Below are positions 19,627 to 30,113 of a stretch of DNA of 64,000 bases, in pieces. The stretch covers positions 1 to 64,000 of the forward strand of contig JBBRSB010000004.1 in NCBI GenBank assembly GCA_038245785.1. Direction: 5' to 3'. Numbering within the stretch: the stretch's first letter is position 1; each line of letters begins with the position of its first letter. Origin of the DNA: Gloeobacterales cyanobacterium. GTDB lineage: Bacteria > Cyanobacteriota > Cyanobacteriia > Gloeobacterales > PMM-0068. The notes beneath the pieces are model-generated. The model saw only the letters and a list, made by a program, of their open reading frames with translations, did no database searches and was not told where the DNA came from. The position numbers and the translations under genes were made by a program.

Positions 19627-21942
19627 ATGATTAACGGTCTCGCCATAGACCAGCACGAATCAAAAAAGCGGCTCTCTGTGCTCATTCAGGGAGCAGTTCA
19701 AGGAGTGGGTTTTCGCCCATTTATCTACCGCTTGGCTATGGATTTGGGCCTTGTGGGCTGGGTAAACAATTCTGCGCAGGGCGTTCTCCTAGAGGCCGAG
19801 GGTAGCCAAGAGCAGTTGGGAATCTTTTTACAGCGGATTGAACAGGAGACACCAACCCATGCTTTTATCCAGGGTATTATTTCTTCTTTGCTTGAACCTG
19901 TAGGCTACAGAACATTTGAAATCCGACCGAGTACGGGGGGCATAAAAACCGCTCTGGTCTTACCCGATATTGCGACTTGCCCAGATTGCTTAAAAGAAAT
20001 TCTGGACCCAACCGATCGTCGCTATCGCTATCCTTTTACCAACTGTATCCACTGTGGACCTCGTTTCAGCATTATCGAGGCCCTGCCCTATGACCGTGCC
20101 CAGACCACGATGAAAATTTTTGGGATGTGCGGGTATTGCCAAACGGAATACGAAAACCCTTTAGACCGACGTTTCCATGCCCAGCCCAATGCCTGTCCCG
20201 AATGTGGCCCCCAGTTAACCTTATGGGCGTCAGACGGCAAAGTCTACGCCTCAGGAGATGAAGCGTTGCTAGCTGCGGCGGACGCCATTCGCCAAGGCTC
20301 GATTGTGGCGATCAAAGGCTTAGGTGGATTTCAGCTGATGGTGGATGCGCGCAATCAGGGTGCCGTGTTGCGACTACGTCAGCGGAAGCAACGCCAAGAA
20401 AAACCTTTTGCCTTGCTCTATCCTTCCCTCGCAATGGTTCGAGAACACTGCAAAGTTTCTGAACTAGAGGAACGGCTATTACTTTCACCAGCCGCGCCGA
20501 TTGTGCTTGTACGAAGGCAAGCGGATCTTGGACCGACGGAAGAAGTTGCGCCGGACAATCCCTATCTCGGCGTCATGCTGCCATGCACTCCCTTGCATCA
20601 CTTGCTCATGAAAGAACTGGGTTTTCCCGTGGTTGCTACCAGTGGCAACCTGGCCAATGAACCGATCTGTACCGATGAATACGAAGCTCTCCAACGGCTT
20701 GGCAGCATTGCCGATCTATTCTTGGTCCATAATCGCCCAATTGCCCGGCCAGTGGATGATTCAATCGTGCGGGTGATACTGGGACGGGAGCTGGTACTGC
20801 GCCGTGCTCGTGGCTACGCACCCTTGCCCATCCAATGTCAGGTAGCCTTTCCTCCTCTACTTGCCGTTGGAGCGCACCTAAAGAGTACGATCGCTATTTC
20901 GGTAGACCAGCATATTTTTGTCAGTCAACATATTGGTGACTTAGAGACAGTCCAAGCATTTGAGGCTTTTCAGAAAACAATCACGAGCTTCCAACAACTC
21001 TATGAACTCCACCCTGAAGCTATAGCCTGTGATGCCCATCCCGATTACCGCTCAACTCAATTTGCCCAACAGTCCGGTCTGCCGATGATTCCCGTTCAGC
21101 ATCACTATGCCCATGTCCTATCCTGTATGGCTGAGAATGCTCTAACGGGTCCAGTCCTCGGTATCACTTGGGATGGAGCGGGCTACGGTCTAGACGGAAC
21201 AATTTGGGGTGGGGAGTACCTTTCTGCCTGCGGAGTGAGGTCCGCCCACCTGCGCACTTTTCAACTGCCTGGAGGAGAACAGGCGATCAAAGAGCCGAGG
21301 CGTGCAGCGATTGGCTTGCTCTATGCGCTTTTTGGAAATGCAGTCTTTATGATGAAAGACCTGGCACCGATTCAAGCATTTTCTGAACAGGAACTTGAAA
21401 TTATGTCAAAAATGCTTACCAACAACCTTAATACCCCTAGAACTTCTAGTGTTGGTCGTCTGTTTGATGTGGTCGCTTCTCTACTAGGATTACGTCAAAA
21501 AGCAAGCTTTGAAGGACAGGCGGCGATGGACTTAGAATTTGCCTTAGCTGATATAAAGACGGATGAGCAATATGCATTTAAAATACTCGGAACCGAAAAG
21601 CCATTCATTATTGATTGGGCCTTGATCATCCAAGGAGTTTTAGAGGATCTAGACCGTAAAGTTCCGGGAGGAAACATATCGGTAAAGTTTCATAACACCC
21701 TGGTCGAAACCATCATTGCTGTGGCAAAGCGTGTAGGAGAAAAACAGGTAGTCCTCACCGGGGGCTGCTTCCAGAACAAATACTTAACAGAACGTGCCGT
21801 ACACCGTTTGCGAGAAGAGAACTTACAGCCCTATTGGCATCGACAAATTCCTCCCAATGATGGCGGGATTGCCCTAGGACAAGTAATCGCCGCAGCCCAG
21901 GTACTGGGCATCACCAATCAGGAGATAAACTCATGTGTCTAG
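19627..21942 (+). CDS. hypF: Carbamoyltransferase HypF
   Basis: Acylphosphatase domain (GAVQGVGFRPF), two zinc fingers, YrdC-like and Kae1-like domains (QHHYAH, PNDGGIALGQ). Confidence 0.95.
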   Translation: MINGLAIDQHESKKRLSVLIQGAVQGVGFRPFIYRLAMDLGLVGWVNNSAQGVLLEAEGSQEQLGIFLQRIEQETPTHAFIQGIISSLLEPVGYRTFEIRPSTGGIKTALVLPDIATCPDCLKEILDPTDRRYRYPFTNCIHCGPRFSIIEALPYDRAQTTMKIFGMCGYCQTEYENPLDRRFHAQPNACPECGPQLTLWASDGKVYASGDEALLAAADAIRQGSIVAIKGLGGFQLMVDARNQGAVLRLRQRKQRQEKPFALLYPSLAMVREHCKVSELEERLLLSPAAPIVLVRRQADLGPTEEVAPDNPYLGVMLPCTPLHHLLMKELGFPVVATSGNLANEPICTDEYEALQRLGSIADLFLVHNRPIARPVDDSIVRVILGRELVLRRARGYAPLPIQCQVAFPPLLAVGAHLKSTIAISVDQHIFVSQHIGDLETVQAFEAFQKTITSFQQLYELHPEAIACDAHPDYRSTQFAQQSGLPMIPVQHHYAHVLSCMAENALTGPVLGITWDGAGYGLDGTIWGGEYLSACGVRSAHLRTFQLPGGEQAIKEPRRAAIGLLYALFGNAVFMMKDLAPIQAFSEQELEIMSKMLTNNLNTPRTSSVGRLFDVVASLLGLRQKASFEGQAAMDLEFALADIKTDEQYAFKILGTEKPFIIDWALIIQGVLEDLDRKVPGGNISVKFHNTLVETIIAVAKRVGEKQVVLTGGCFQNKYLTERAVHRLREENLQPYWHRQIPPNDGGIALGQVIAAAQVLGITNQEINSCV

Positions 21943-22157
21943 CAGTCCCTGGAAAGATTATGAGCATCGATGAAACTACTATTGATCCCCTGCTCCGCAT
22001 GGGAAAAGTAAGCTTCGGCGGCATTCTCAAAGAAGTTAGCCTGGCCTACGTCCCTGAAGCCCAGTTAGGAGACTATGTGGTGGTGCATGTCGGTTTTGCT
22101 ATCAGTACGCTAGATAAGCAAGAGGCTGAAAGAGTATTTGAGGATTGCAGCAAATAG
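21933..22157 (+). CDS. hypC: Hydrogenase maturation chaperone HypC
   Basis: MCLAVPG..GDYVVVHVGFAI; C-terminus possibly frameshifted. Confidence 0.92.
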   Translation: MCLAVPGKIMSIDETTIDPLLRMGKVSFGGILKEVSLAYVPEAQLGDYVVVHVGFAISTLDKQEAERVFEDCSK

Positions 22158-22219
22158 CAACTCATACCCAGAAGGCTAAACAGTCTTAGGCCAACCCTTA
22201 GAGGAGTTGCAGTATTCCT

Positions 22220-22512
22220 CAACCCCTCAGTCCCTTCGGGACAGCTCCCCTCGAAGGGGAGCCTATTCTGGAAGCAGAAGGATTGATTAGATTTAGATAC
22301 AGGCGCTGCTAAATCGATAGACCACTTGCTCATAGATGGGACTATGCGTAGACTTAAACTTTCTAGAATCAATGTGCGCTAAGCCTCATCGGAATGAGCT
22401 TCTTTCTCTTAGTGTCTTGCATCCTTTAAGTTCAAGCCTTGCACCTGCAGCTTTGTCTACCCAAAAAGGGCTCCCCTTCGAGGGGAGCTGTCCCGAAGGG
22501 ACTGAGGGGTTG
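22220..22512. mobile_element. MITE-like element: 44-bp perfect inverted repeats around an internally deleted DUF559 remnant
   Basis: 22220-22263 is the exact reverse complement of 22469-22512; 22355-22378 is identical to 55-78; about 22393-22468 aligns with about 287-362. Confidence 0.8.
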
Positions 22513-22513
22513 T

Positions 22514-24967
22514 TTAATTCCCTGGAACACTTGGGCTACTCTGATTAGCCTGAAGCTTTCCTGTTTCTGTTGCTGCGAGGCGCGGTAAGGCCAGCTCACC
22601 GTAGCGAAGCATGGCATCTAGGGCCCCTAGACGGTTATCCCAAGTTTGGACTCGATAGGGACGTTCTAACTTTTCTAAGCGCAGCCAGCTCACCATACTG
22701 GCGCGTAGTTGGGCCAAATCCTGACGGACTTTCTGAATGCGCACAGGACTAGGACGTTCTACTAGAGAATTTATGCTTTCATTGACTCGATCGGCCTGTG
22801 CTTGGAAAGGTGCAACATCAGATGCGTTCATCCATATTTTCTTGCCAGAAGAAAGTAGATTCCACTCACTTTGGATTACCTTAAATCGCGCCTGAACGGT
22901 TTGAAAAGGCTGACGTGTAGGATTGAAAGGAGAAGCAGAAGAATTGGCATTCAAGAGTTGTTGTTGCTCATCACCAAGATAGGCCACAGCGAACAATGAA
23001 TACCCTCCAGAAGGCAAGTCGCGTACGGCCTGAAGCTGGTCGCGCAATTTCACTTGCGTCAGGCCCTTCACCATCAGACTAGGTAAAAGGAGCACAGGCG
23101 CATTGGAATTATTCACCTGCATCAGGTTCGGTTCTATTAACTCTTTCAGGTCCTTGGTTTCCAGGGAATAGGTCATCGGCACAACCATATCGATCAGTCC
23201 CTGTTCGGCCCACGTCTCCCAATCTTGTTGAATGAGAGCCAAACGCTGCGTTCGTTCAATCGGAAAAACTGCTGCAGAAAGAATGATTTTGGGATTGGCT
23301 TGTCTCAGCTCTTGCGATACTTCTGAGACAAAAGAAGTGACCTGATTAGTCTTAAATTCTCGCCACATTTTGGCTAGAGAATAGTCCTTCGTACTATCGA
23401 TATCGAGGGGATCTACGCCCGTGAGCTGCTGGAAACGGCTACGGGAAGTAGCGCTATAGCCAAAACTGGCCTTTTTCTGAAAAGGGTAGCGGATGTAGTC
23501 CAACTGCACGCCATCTACGCCGTACTCAGTGACAATTTCTTTGAGCAAACGCTTGAGGTAGTCTCTTGCTTTATTGTTGGCGGGGTCGAGCCAGGTTTCA
23601 TGCTTGTCAAGCAGTTGGCCTTTGCGGTCTGTCATTGCCATATCTGGATAAGTGGCAAGCACAGGACCAGGGAAGCTAGGAGGTTGGTTGAGAATAACGT
23701 TGTGCCTTCTATTTCCGGTGGCAAACATCCAGCACCAGGCATGGAGTTCCATATTGCGCTCGTGGGCCAATTTCACTCCTGCTCTGAGCGGGTCCCAGCG
23801 TGTAAGCGGGTTTTGCTGAGGGGCAACTTTGCTGGGGTAAACGGGATAGCCTGCATTGACCGTTTCCAAGAAAACAGTGTTGATTCCTGCTTTAGCCAGA
23901 CGGTCAAAAATTACCTTCAGTCCCTCTTCGGAGCCTGCTTTGACCAAAGTCCCTCGGTCTAGCCAAATGGCACGCACTTCTGGAAGAGCGGCTAATTGAC
24001 TGGCAGGATAGTTCGCCCATAGCTTATCCAAGGCTGCTTTCCAGGCGGTACGGGCTTCTTCATCTTTCCCCGACTTGATCATGGCGGGAAGATCATTTAG
24101 AGTTTTGCGGGCCTGCTGGGCAGCATCACGATATTGAACAGGCAGACTGTCTGTAGTGGCACTGGCATCATTGGTAAGAATGGTGCTTTCCACCCGTCCC
24201 AAGAGGTTCTGAAGCTCTTTTTGCATGTTCAGCGCTTCAAACGTAGAGACGGGCGTAAATTTTGCTTCTTGGGCATCGGCTACGTCGGCAGCCGTGCCGG
24301 GGACATACCGTTCCAGGGCAGCTCCTAACCACTGTCGGTCAGATTTTGCGGACCCGGAGCCCCATTCCCAGGCTAAGAAGGTCAAAGAAGGAGTGGTGAT
24401 CACCGCCGGACTGCGCTCTTTTTGGAATCGAGCCTGAATATTGTTGCCAAAATTGACGGGAACCAGGGTGCCCCCGCGCACGGCGTCCTTAAAGTTGCCC
24501 CTATTCAACCAGGGGTCTGGCTGGGTCCCTTTTTCGATAGTGGCTGATGAGGGTAAGGTTCCTCCCCAGTAGACGCCGAGGAGCCTTTTGAGGGCTATCT
24601 GGACTTCAGGTGGAGAACTGGTCCCGATCGCTCCGCTGACAATTAGTCTGCCTCCTTGGTCTACCCAGGTTTGGAGGATTTTGACCTGCTCCACGGTGAA
24701 CGTCGTGACGTTGGGGATAAACAAGATCTTGTGGATCTTCAGTTTGTCTAAGGACAGCTCGGATTGGTTTACGACGCTGTAGGGATAGCCATTCAATCGA
24801 CTTTGTAGAAAAGTCCAGTCAGCATCAGAAGCCCGCAAGACCGCAAAGAGATTCTCTGTAGCCGCATAGACAGGAGCTACACTCTGATACGGTGCTAACC
24901 CTCCTATCTGTTGAAATGTCAGCGCAGCCACTAAAAAACCGCGTACGATAGCCTTCCCCCTCACCAT
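22514..24967 (-). CDS. Glycoside hydrolase family 10-like (DUF187) protein
   Basis: EVRAIWLDRG, AHERNMELHAW, WLDPA, YGVDGVQLDYIRYP, QDWETW; signal peptide. Confidence 0.88.
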   Translation of the reverse strand: MVRGKAIVRGFLVAALTFQQIGGLAPYQSVAPVYAATENLFAVLRASDADWTFLQSRLNGYPYSVVNQSELSLDKLKIHKILFIPNVTTFTVEQVKILQTWVDQGGRLIVSGAIGTSSPPEVQIALKRLLGVYWGGTLPSSATIEKGTQPDPWLNRGNFKDAVRGGTLVPVNFGNNIQARFQKERSPAVITTPSLTFLAWEWGSGSAKSDRQWLGAALERYVPGTAADVADAQEAKFTPVSTFEALNMQKELQNLLGRVESTILTNDASATTDSLPVQYRDAAQQARKTLNDLPAMIKSGKDEEARTAWKAALDKLWANYPASQLAALPEVRAIWLDRGTLVKAGSEEGLKVIFDRLAKAGINTVFLETVNAGYPVYPSKVAPQQNPLTRWDPLRAGVKLAHERNMELHAWCWMFATGNRRHNVILNQPPSFPGPVLATYPDMAMTDRKGQLLDKHETWLDPANNKARDYLKRLLKEIVTEYGVDGVQLDYIRYPFQKKASFGYSATSRSRFQQLTGVDPLDIDSTKDYSLAKMWREFKTNQVTSFVSEVSQELRQANPKIILSAAVFPIERTQRLALIQQDWETWAEQGLIDMVVPMTYSLETKDLKELIEPNLMQVNNSNAPVLLLPSLMVKGLTQVKLRDQLQAVRDLPSGGYSLFAVAYLGDEQQQLLNANSSASPFNPTRQPFQTVQARFKVIQSEWNLLSSGKKIWMNASDVAPFQAQADRVNESINSLVERPSPVRIQKVRQDLAQLRASMVSWLRLEKLERPYRVQTWDNRLGALDAMLRYGELALPRLAATETGKLQANQSSPSVPGN

Positions 24968-27624
24968 CAAATCACCTCATTAACTGGAAAACGGTCTAGC
25001 ATTATCTGTGCTTCGCTGGCTTTGTCTTTCAGCGCTGCGTCCAAGTATGGTACGTGCGGAATCTGACGCAGCACGTCTAGGGTCCTACGCAAAACCCGTA
25101 CTAAATCACCTTCATCTAGGTTGGTGGCAGCGCAAAGTTCTTCCCAGGAAGCTCCTTTGGCCCATTTTTCAACCAGCCCGACCAAAGCTGGTTCTAACCA
25201 AAGCGGTAAAAATACTTTGTGTTTGCGCTGACTCCGCTGCACCATACGCCGCACTTCTCTCAAAGAACCTAAAATCTCTTCCATTTCAGAAGAAGGAGGA
25301 TAGTTGGTCCAAGAATTGGGCCGAGGTGGCTCACTTACCAAAGCACAGCACAATTGAGCTAACAGCGCAGCAGAAAGGCTGTTACTGAACTTGCTTTGGA
25401 TATCGATAAGCGCTAGCGCTAGCCACAGCTCGTTGTCTCCTCTCAAGGCTGCAGCTTGCTGTCCAAGGCGTGTTGGGGTGTATTTCGTATCGATAAAGTT
25501 GAGGTCCTGGAGGACTCGGACCAGTCTCAAAAATTCTTCCCAATAATATCCAGGACTGGCATAGGTGCCTTGGCCTGTGCTGTCACCTAGATCTTGCTCC
25601 AGGCGGTGTAGCTTTTTGCGCAAGCGAGCCTGTTCATGGGCCTGCCTTTCGATTTGTGCGGGTTTAAGCACATGGGCTGGATTGGCCTGCACCTGTTCGG
25701 TCAGCATCTCGACCACGGCCCGTTGGTGTTCCAATTCAGGCGGCGGCGCAGGAGCTTCTAGGACAGGAATCAAATCGGCGAGGGTTTGGCTCTCAGCATT
25801 TCCTACTTGGTAAAGCCCTGGCCTTGGCGCGATCAGAGGTGGCGTAACCCCAGCCGTTTCTATGTGTTGTTTGCTGAGATAGTGCACGCCATGGGCTCCT
25901 AGAACCAGCCAACGATTATCCTGGGTCAGACAAGTGAGGATCGGTTGTCCAGCGCTCTCCACCCTCTTTACCAAGACAGCAGACTGGAGCTGGCGCGTTT
26001 CATCTTGGACTAGTAGTAGAGTACCCAAATCGGTGCGTAAGAGGAGTGGAATGAGTCCTTTAGTCCGTGTCTCACTGGCCTGGCCTTCCAGCAAAGTCAA
26101 TAGGCGACGAGCTTCCCTTAGACTACCCCGCAGCTTTTGATAACGTTCCAGCTCTTCGGGAGATACAGGGATTTTGTCACTTAACTGAGTCAAGCGTGCC
26201 TGCAGGTCATCATATTCTTGCCGAATCGGAGCCAGATGCAGCGTGCTGAGATATTGACCAAAACTGCGTTCAATCAGATTGCGGGAATCCTCTAAGGGAT
26301 GGCGTTCCAATAGATTGAGGACCATGCCATAGCTGGGTGTGAATTGGCTAACCAGCGGGTCTGCTTTGGCCGTAGCGAGTCTAGCGGCTTCTTTGGCTGG
26401 CTCAAAAGGACTTTGTAGGGTGACCACATAGCCCACGGGGTCCATCCCCCGTCGTCCCGCCCGTCCTGCCATTTGCAGAAATTCGGAAGCGTTGAGCAAA
26501 CGATGGCCATTGTCTGTCCGTTTGGATAGAGAGGCAATCACTGTCGTTCTCGCTGGCATATTAATACCGGCAGCCAAAGTCTCCGTCGCAAATACAACTT
26601 TAATCAAGCCCTGTTGGAAAAGCTGTTCTACTAGAGCTTTCCAGGCGGGGAGGACTCCGGCATGATGAGAGGCAATGCCCTGATAAAGGCTGGCAAGCTG
26701 ACGGTCCCTTACAGCTGTGGGATTATCCCGGACAAAGGCATCAATTTGGTCTTTCAGTTTTTCTGCTTCTTCCGGTTGCAGGAGATCTACGCCATCCATA
26801 CTTGCTACTGCATCATCACACCCTCTGCGGCTGAAGATGAAATAAATGGCGGGAAGCATATCTCTACGGGCCAAATGGCTGACCACCGTCGTTAACGGGG
26901 GGGCTTCCATCTGAGGATTGCGCTTTTGGGGAATGCGTCGCGCTTCTCCCTGGGCGATGCGAGGATTGATTTTCTTTCCCTCTGCATCTAAAAGCGGAAA
27001 AAGTCCTTTAGGAGAACAGAAGTGAAAGGTCAAGGGAACAGGGCGATAGTCTGAATAGATCAAGCGGGTGGGGCCATGGACTTTATCGATCCAATCGGCG
27101 AGCTGGCCTGCATTCTCAATCGTCGCCGATAGAGCCGCTAGTTGGACATCAGGCGGGGCATAGATGATCGATTCTTCCCAAACGGTTCCCCGCTGGCTGT
27201 CATTCATGTAGTGACATTCATCCAGGATTACCGTTTGCAATCCTTGCAGGCTATCGGCTTCACCCAGCCCATAGAGCATATTGCGAAAAATCTCAGTGGT
27301 CATCACCACTACGGGCGCTTCACGATTGAGCGAGAGGTCTCCGGTGAGCAACCCAACCCGCTCAGGGCCAAACTGGACACAAAAATCTCGATACTTTTGA
27401 TTGGATAGGGCCTTCAAAGGGGTGGTGTAAAAAACACGACCTTGCCCATGAATAGCTCGATAGACCGCGTACTCGGCAACGGCTGTTTTTCCCGAGCCTG
27501 TGGGGGCACAAACGACTACCGATTCTCCTTGGGATAGCGCCTGAATAGCTTCTCGCTGAAAAGGGTCTAATTCATACTGAAAAAGCTGTTCTAAAGGGGG
27601 GAGAACAGGGGAAGTAGCTACCAT
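24967..27624 (-). CDS. Ski2/HelY-like DEAD/DEAH RNA helicase
   Basis: APTGSGKT, DECH, SAT, QMAGRAGRRG, DSHCT-type C-terminus (LDEGDLVR). Confidence 0.92.
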   Translation of the reverse strand: MVATSPVLPPLEQLFQYELDPFQREAIQALSQGESVVVCAPTGSGKTAVAEYAVYRAIHGQGRVFYTTPLKALSNQKYRDFCVQFGPERVGLLTGDLSLNREAPVVVMTTEIFRNMLYGLGEADSLQGLQTVILDECHYMNDSQRGTVWEESIIYAPPDVQLAALSATIENAGQLADWIDKVHGPTRLIYSDYRPVPLTFHFCSPKGLFPLLDAEGKKINPRIAQGEARRIPQKRNPQMEAPPLTTVVSHLARRDMLPAIYFIFSRRGCDDAVASMDGVDLLQPEEAEKLKDQIDAFVRDNPTAVRDRQLASLYQGIASHHAGVLPAWKALVEQLFQQGLIKVVFATETLAAGINMPARTTVIASLSKRTDNGHRLLNASEFLQMAGRAGRRGMDPVGYVVTLQSPFEPAKEAARLATAKADPLVSQFTPSYGMVLNLLERHPLEDSRNLIERSFGQYLSTLHLAPIRQEYDDLQARLTQLSDKIPVSPEELERYQKLRGSLREARRLLTLLEGQASETRTKGLIPLLLRTDLGTLLLVQDETRQLQSAVLVKRVESAGQPILTCLTQDNRWLVLGAHGVHYLSKQHIETAGVTPPLIAPRPGLYQVGNAESQTLADLIPVLEAPAPPPELEHQRAVVEMLTEQVQANPAHVLKPAQIERQAHEQARLRKKLHRLEQDLGDSTGQGTYASPGYYWEEFLRLVRVLQDLNFIDTKYTPTRLGQQAAALRGDNELWLALALIDIQSKFSNSLSAALLAQLCCALVSEPPRPNSWTNYPPSSEMEEILGSLREVRRMVQRSQRKHKVFLPLWLEPALVGLVEKWAKGASWEELCAATNLDEGDLVRVLRRTLDVLRQIPHVPYLDAALKDKASEAQIMLDRFPVNEVI

Positions 27625-27719
27625 GACGCTGTGGGGCAAATTCCCATATGTGAAGAATGTAGAGACTCTCCATTGTACCAAGATGCCTGAGGAGGACCAA
27701 GACTGCTACATAAGTATCT

Positions 27720-28568
27720 ATGACTAATGATTATTTCCTTTGGCAAAATTACCGAGTTTTTTACCAGCATAGAGTGCGTTCTGACGAAAATTTGCCTGTA
27801 TTGCTGTTTATTCATAGCTTAGGAATAGGTGCTTCCAGTGAAGAATATCGAGCCCATTTGTTGACATTCGAGTCCTATCGCTTAGACCTCCTAGGATGGG
27901 GCCGCTCTGAAACTCCGCCTCTGGACTATGGACCGGACCTCTACACTGCCCTAGTGCTGGACTTTATTCAACAGTGCATTCAAAAACCCGTATGGCTAAT
28001 TGCCAGTTCTATTGGGGCGGGCGTCGCTCTTCATGCCATCAGAAAAAATCCCTCATTGTTTCAGGGCGTGATTTTAATTGGACCTCAGGGAGGCAATACG
28101 ATTAGTCAGGCTCCAGTAAATCTGAAGCAAGGATTGAATCTACTCTTCGATACGCCTATAGGGTCCTTGCTCCAAGGACTGCTTACTTCTCGCTTAGGGA
28201 TTAGCCTATTCGTGCGCAACCGCCTCTATAGCCCGACCTACCCGCCTTTGGAGCTGGATCAAGAAATTGCTCTTCACGAGCGCAATGCCCAACGACCGGG
28301 AGCCATTTATAGTCTTAAGCCTTTTCTAAACGGACAACTGGTGACACCTATTCTGGAGGACTTGGCGGCGCTCCCTCCACGCTTGCCCATGCTTTGCCTA
28401 TGGGGGAAGGACAATCTATTGAATCCGATTCAGAATGCTCAAAAATTCCTGTCTCTGCGTCCCGACATGCCTTTAGTCTCCCTTAATGGTGCTTTTTATC
28501 CTCATATTGAAGATAGTGAAAATTTCGAGCGCGCTGTCCGGGAGTTCATTTTGTCGAATATGCGCTAA
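27720..28568 (+). CDS. Alpha/beta fold hydrolase
   Basis: LLFIHSLG, DLLGWGRS, IASSIG, WGKDN, YPHIE. Confidence 0.85.
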   Translation: MTNDYFLWQNYRVFYQHRVRSDENLPVLLFIHSLGIGASSEEYRAHLLTFESYRLDLLGWGRSETPPLDYGPDLYTALVLDFIQQCIQKPVWLIASSIGAGVALHAIRKNPSLFQGVILIGPQGGNTISQAPVNLKQGLNLLFDTPIGSLLQGLLTSRLGISLFVRNRLYSPTYPPLELDQEIALHERNAQRPGAIYSLKPFLNGQLVTPILEDLAALPPRLPMLCLWGKDNLLNPIQNAQKFLSLRPDMPLVSLNGAFYPHIEDSENFERAVREFILSNMR

Positions 28569-28663
28569 AACCCTTGTGGATAACATAGAAAATTTGCCAT
28601 GATCTTTGATTAGGAGCGCAATGGCGTCCATCCTTTCGACTTGCGTTTTCATCCTCACGACCT

Positions 28664-29617
28664 ATGAAAAAAACGCTGGGTACTCTGGCCTTCATCCTAG
28701 CCGCAGCTTTACCTGTAGCTACCTCCTTCCCTTTATCTACTCCTGCAGCTTTTGCGCTCGATGCTGAAGAAAACACCACGATCACGGTCTATGAGAATGC
28801 CAATAAAGCAGTCGTCAGTATCCGTACTCAGGGTGCGGTGGGTGCTGGGGCGATTATTGATCCTCAGGGTCTGATTGTTACGAATAACCATGTGGTACGC
28901 GGCAATCGTGTGGTACAGGTCAACACTTCAAGCGGAAAGACCTACTCCGGAAGGGTTGTATCAGTAGACCGTCGCAATGATTTGGCCTTAGTCCAGATTC
29001 AAACGCAAGAGACTCTACCGTCGATCAAACTAGCAAAGATGCCTGCCAAAGTAGGCCAACGGGTTTATGCGATCGGCAATCCCTTTGGACTAGACCGTAC
29101 CTTAACTGTCGGCACCCTCAGCCGCATTGCCCCCAATGGCGACCTGCAAACAGATGCGGCCTTAAATCCAGGAAATTCTGGAGGACCACTCCTCAATTCT
29201 GCGGGGGAACTTTTGGGCATTAATAAGGCGATTTTGAGCCCCAGTGGCGGGAGTTCAGGTATTGGCTTTGCCACATCGATAATTCCTGTCCAGCGGCTTT
29301 TGGCGGTGGGACTTGAAAATCCCAGCGAAGATGCTCCCGTGGCAACGAATATTCCTCGGACCAGTCAACCGCGACAGCCTCGACAAAGACCAACTTTAGG
29401 TCTTACCCTGGAAGCCCAAAGTTTAACAGTGCTGGATGTGGAGCCAGGCTCGGTGGCTGAACGCAGTGGGCTTCAACCTGGGGACCGCCTTCTGCGCGTG
29501 AATAACTATCCGCTTAATAGCCCAGAACTCCTCCAGCAAGCCTTGGAGCAACAGCAACCTTTGGTGCTAACCGTAGTTCGTGATCAGCGAATTGGTTTGA
29601 TTCGAATCAGGTTGTAG
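28664..29617 (+). CDS. HtrA/DegP-like serine protease with PDZ domain
   Basis: TNNHV, DLAL, QTDAALNPGNSGGPL; C-terminal PDZ. Confidence 0.93.
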   Translation: MKKTLGTLAFILAAALPVATSFPLSTPAAFALDAEENTTITVYENANKAVVSIRTQGAVGAGAIIDPQGLIVTNNHVVRGNRVVQVNTSSGKTYSGRVVSVDRRNDLALVQIQTQETLPSIKLAKMPAKVGQRVYAIGNPFGLDRTLTVGTLSRIAPNGDLQTDAALNPGNSGGPLLNSAGELLGINKAILSPSGGSSGIGFATSIIPVQRLLAVGLENPSEDAPVATNIPRTSQPRQPRQRPTLGLTLEAQSLTVLDVEPGSVAERSGLQPGDRLLRVNNYPLNSPELLQQALEQQQPLVLTVVRDQRIGLIRIRL

Positions 29618-29732
29618 TCCCTGGAAGGGACGAAAAGACTTTGTATTGGTCTAAATTTCAGCATTATATAAAAGAAGATATTGTCCAGGCCCGTCGAAAG
29701 ATTTAGGGCAATTTCCTGAGAGAGGGCATTGC

Positions 29733-30113
29733 ATGAAAGGACTTGAGTATCCACCTGTTAATGATGACTTGCTGACTGAAGTTGTGCAGCGCATCATGAG
29801 TGTTGGAACGCCGCTGAAGATTGTGCTGTTTGGCTCACGAGCACGAGGTGATGCCAAACTTGACAGTGACCTCGATTTGCTGATTGTCGAAGAGTCTGAT
29901 TTACCCCGCCATAAACGCGCTCCTCATTATTACCAAGCAATGGCGGGTGTATTTCCAGCCAAAGATATTATGGTGTGGACTCTGGCTGAAATTCAGGAAT
30001 GGTCTGCGGTACCCAATGCATTTATTACGACGATTCTGAATGAAGGAAAAGTTCTTTATGAAAGATCAGAGGAATCTTATGAAGCTCCTGCTGGATGCTC
30101 ACATATATTCTGA
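29733..30113 (+). CDS. Minimal nucleotidyltransferase (MNT) domain protein
   Basis: IVLFGSRARGDAKLDSDLDLLIV..EGKVLYE. Confidence 0.9.
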   Translation: MKGLEYPPVNDDLLTEVVQRIMSVGTPLKIVLFGSRARGDAKLDSDLDLLIVEESDLPRHKRAPHYYQAMAGVFPAKDIMVWTLAEIQEWSAVPNAFITTILNEGKVLYERSEESYEAPAGCSHIF

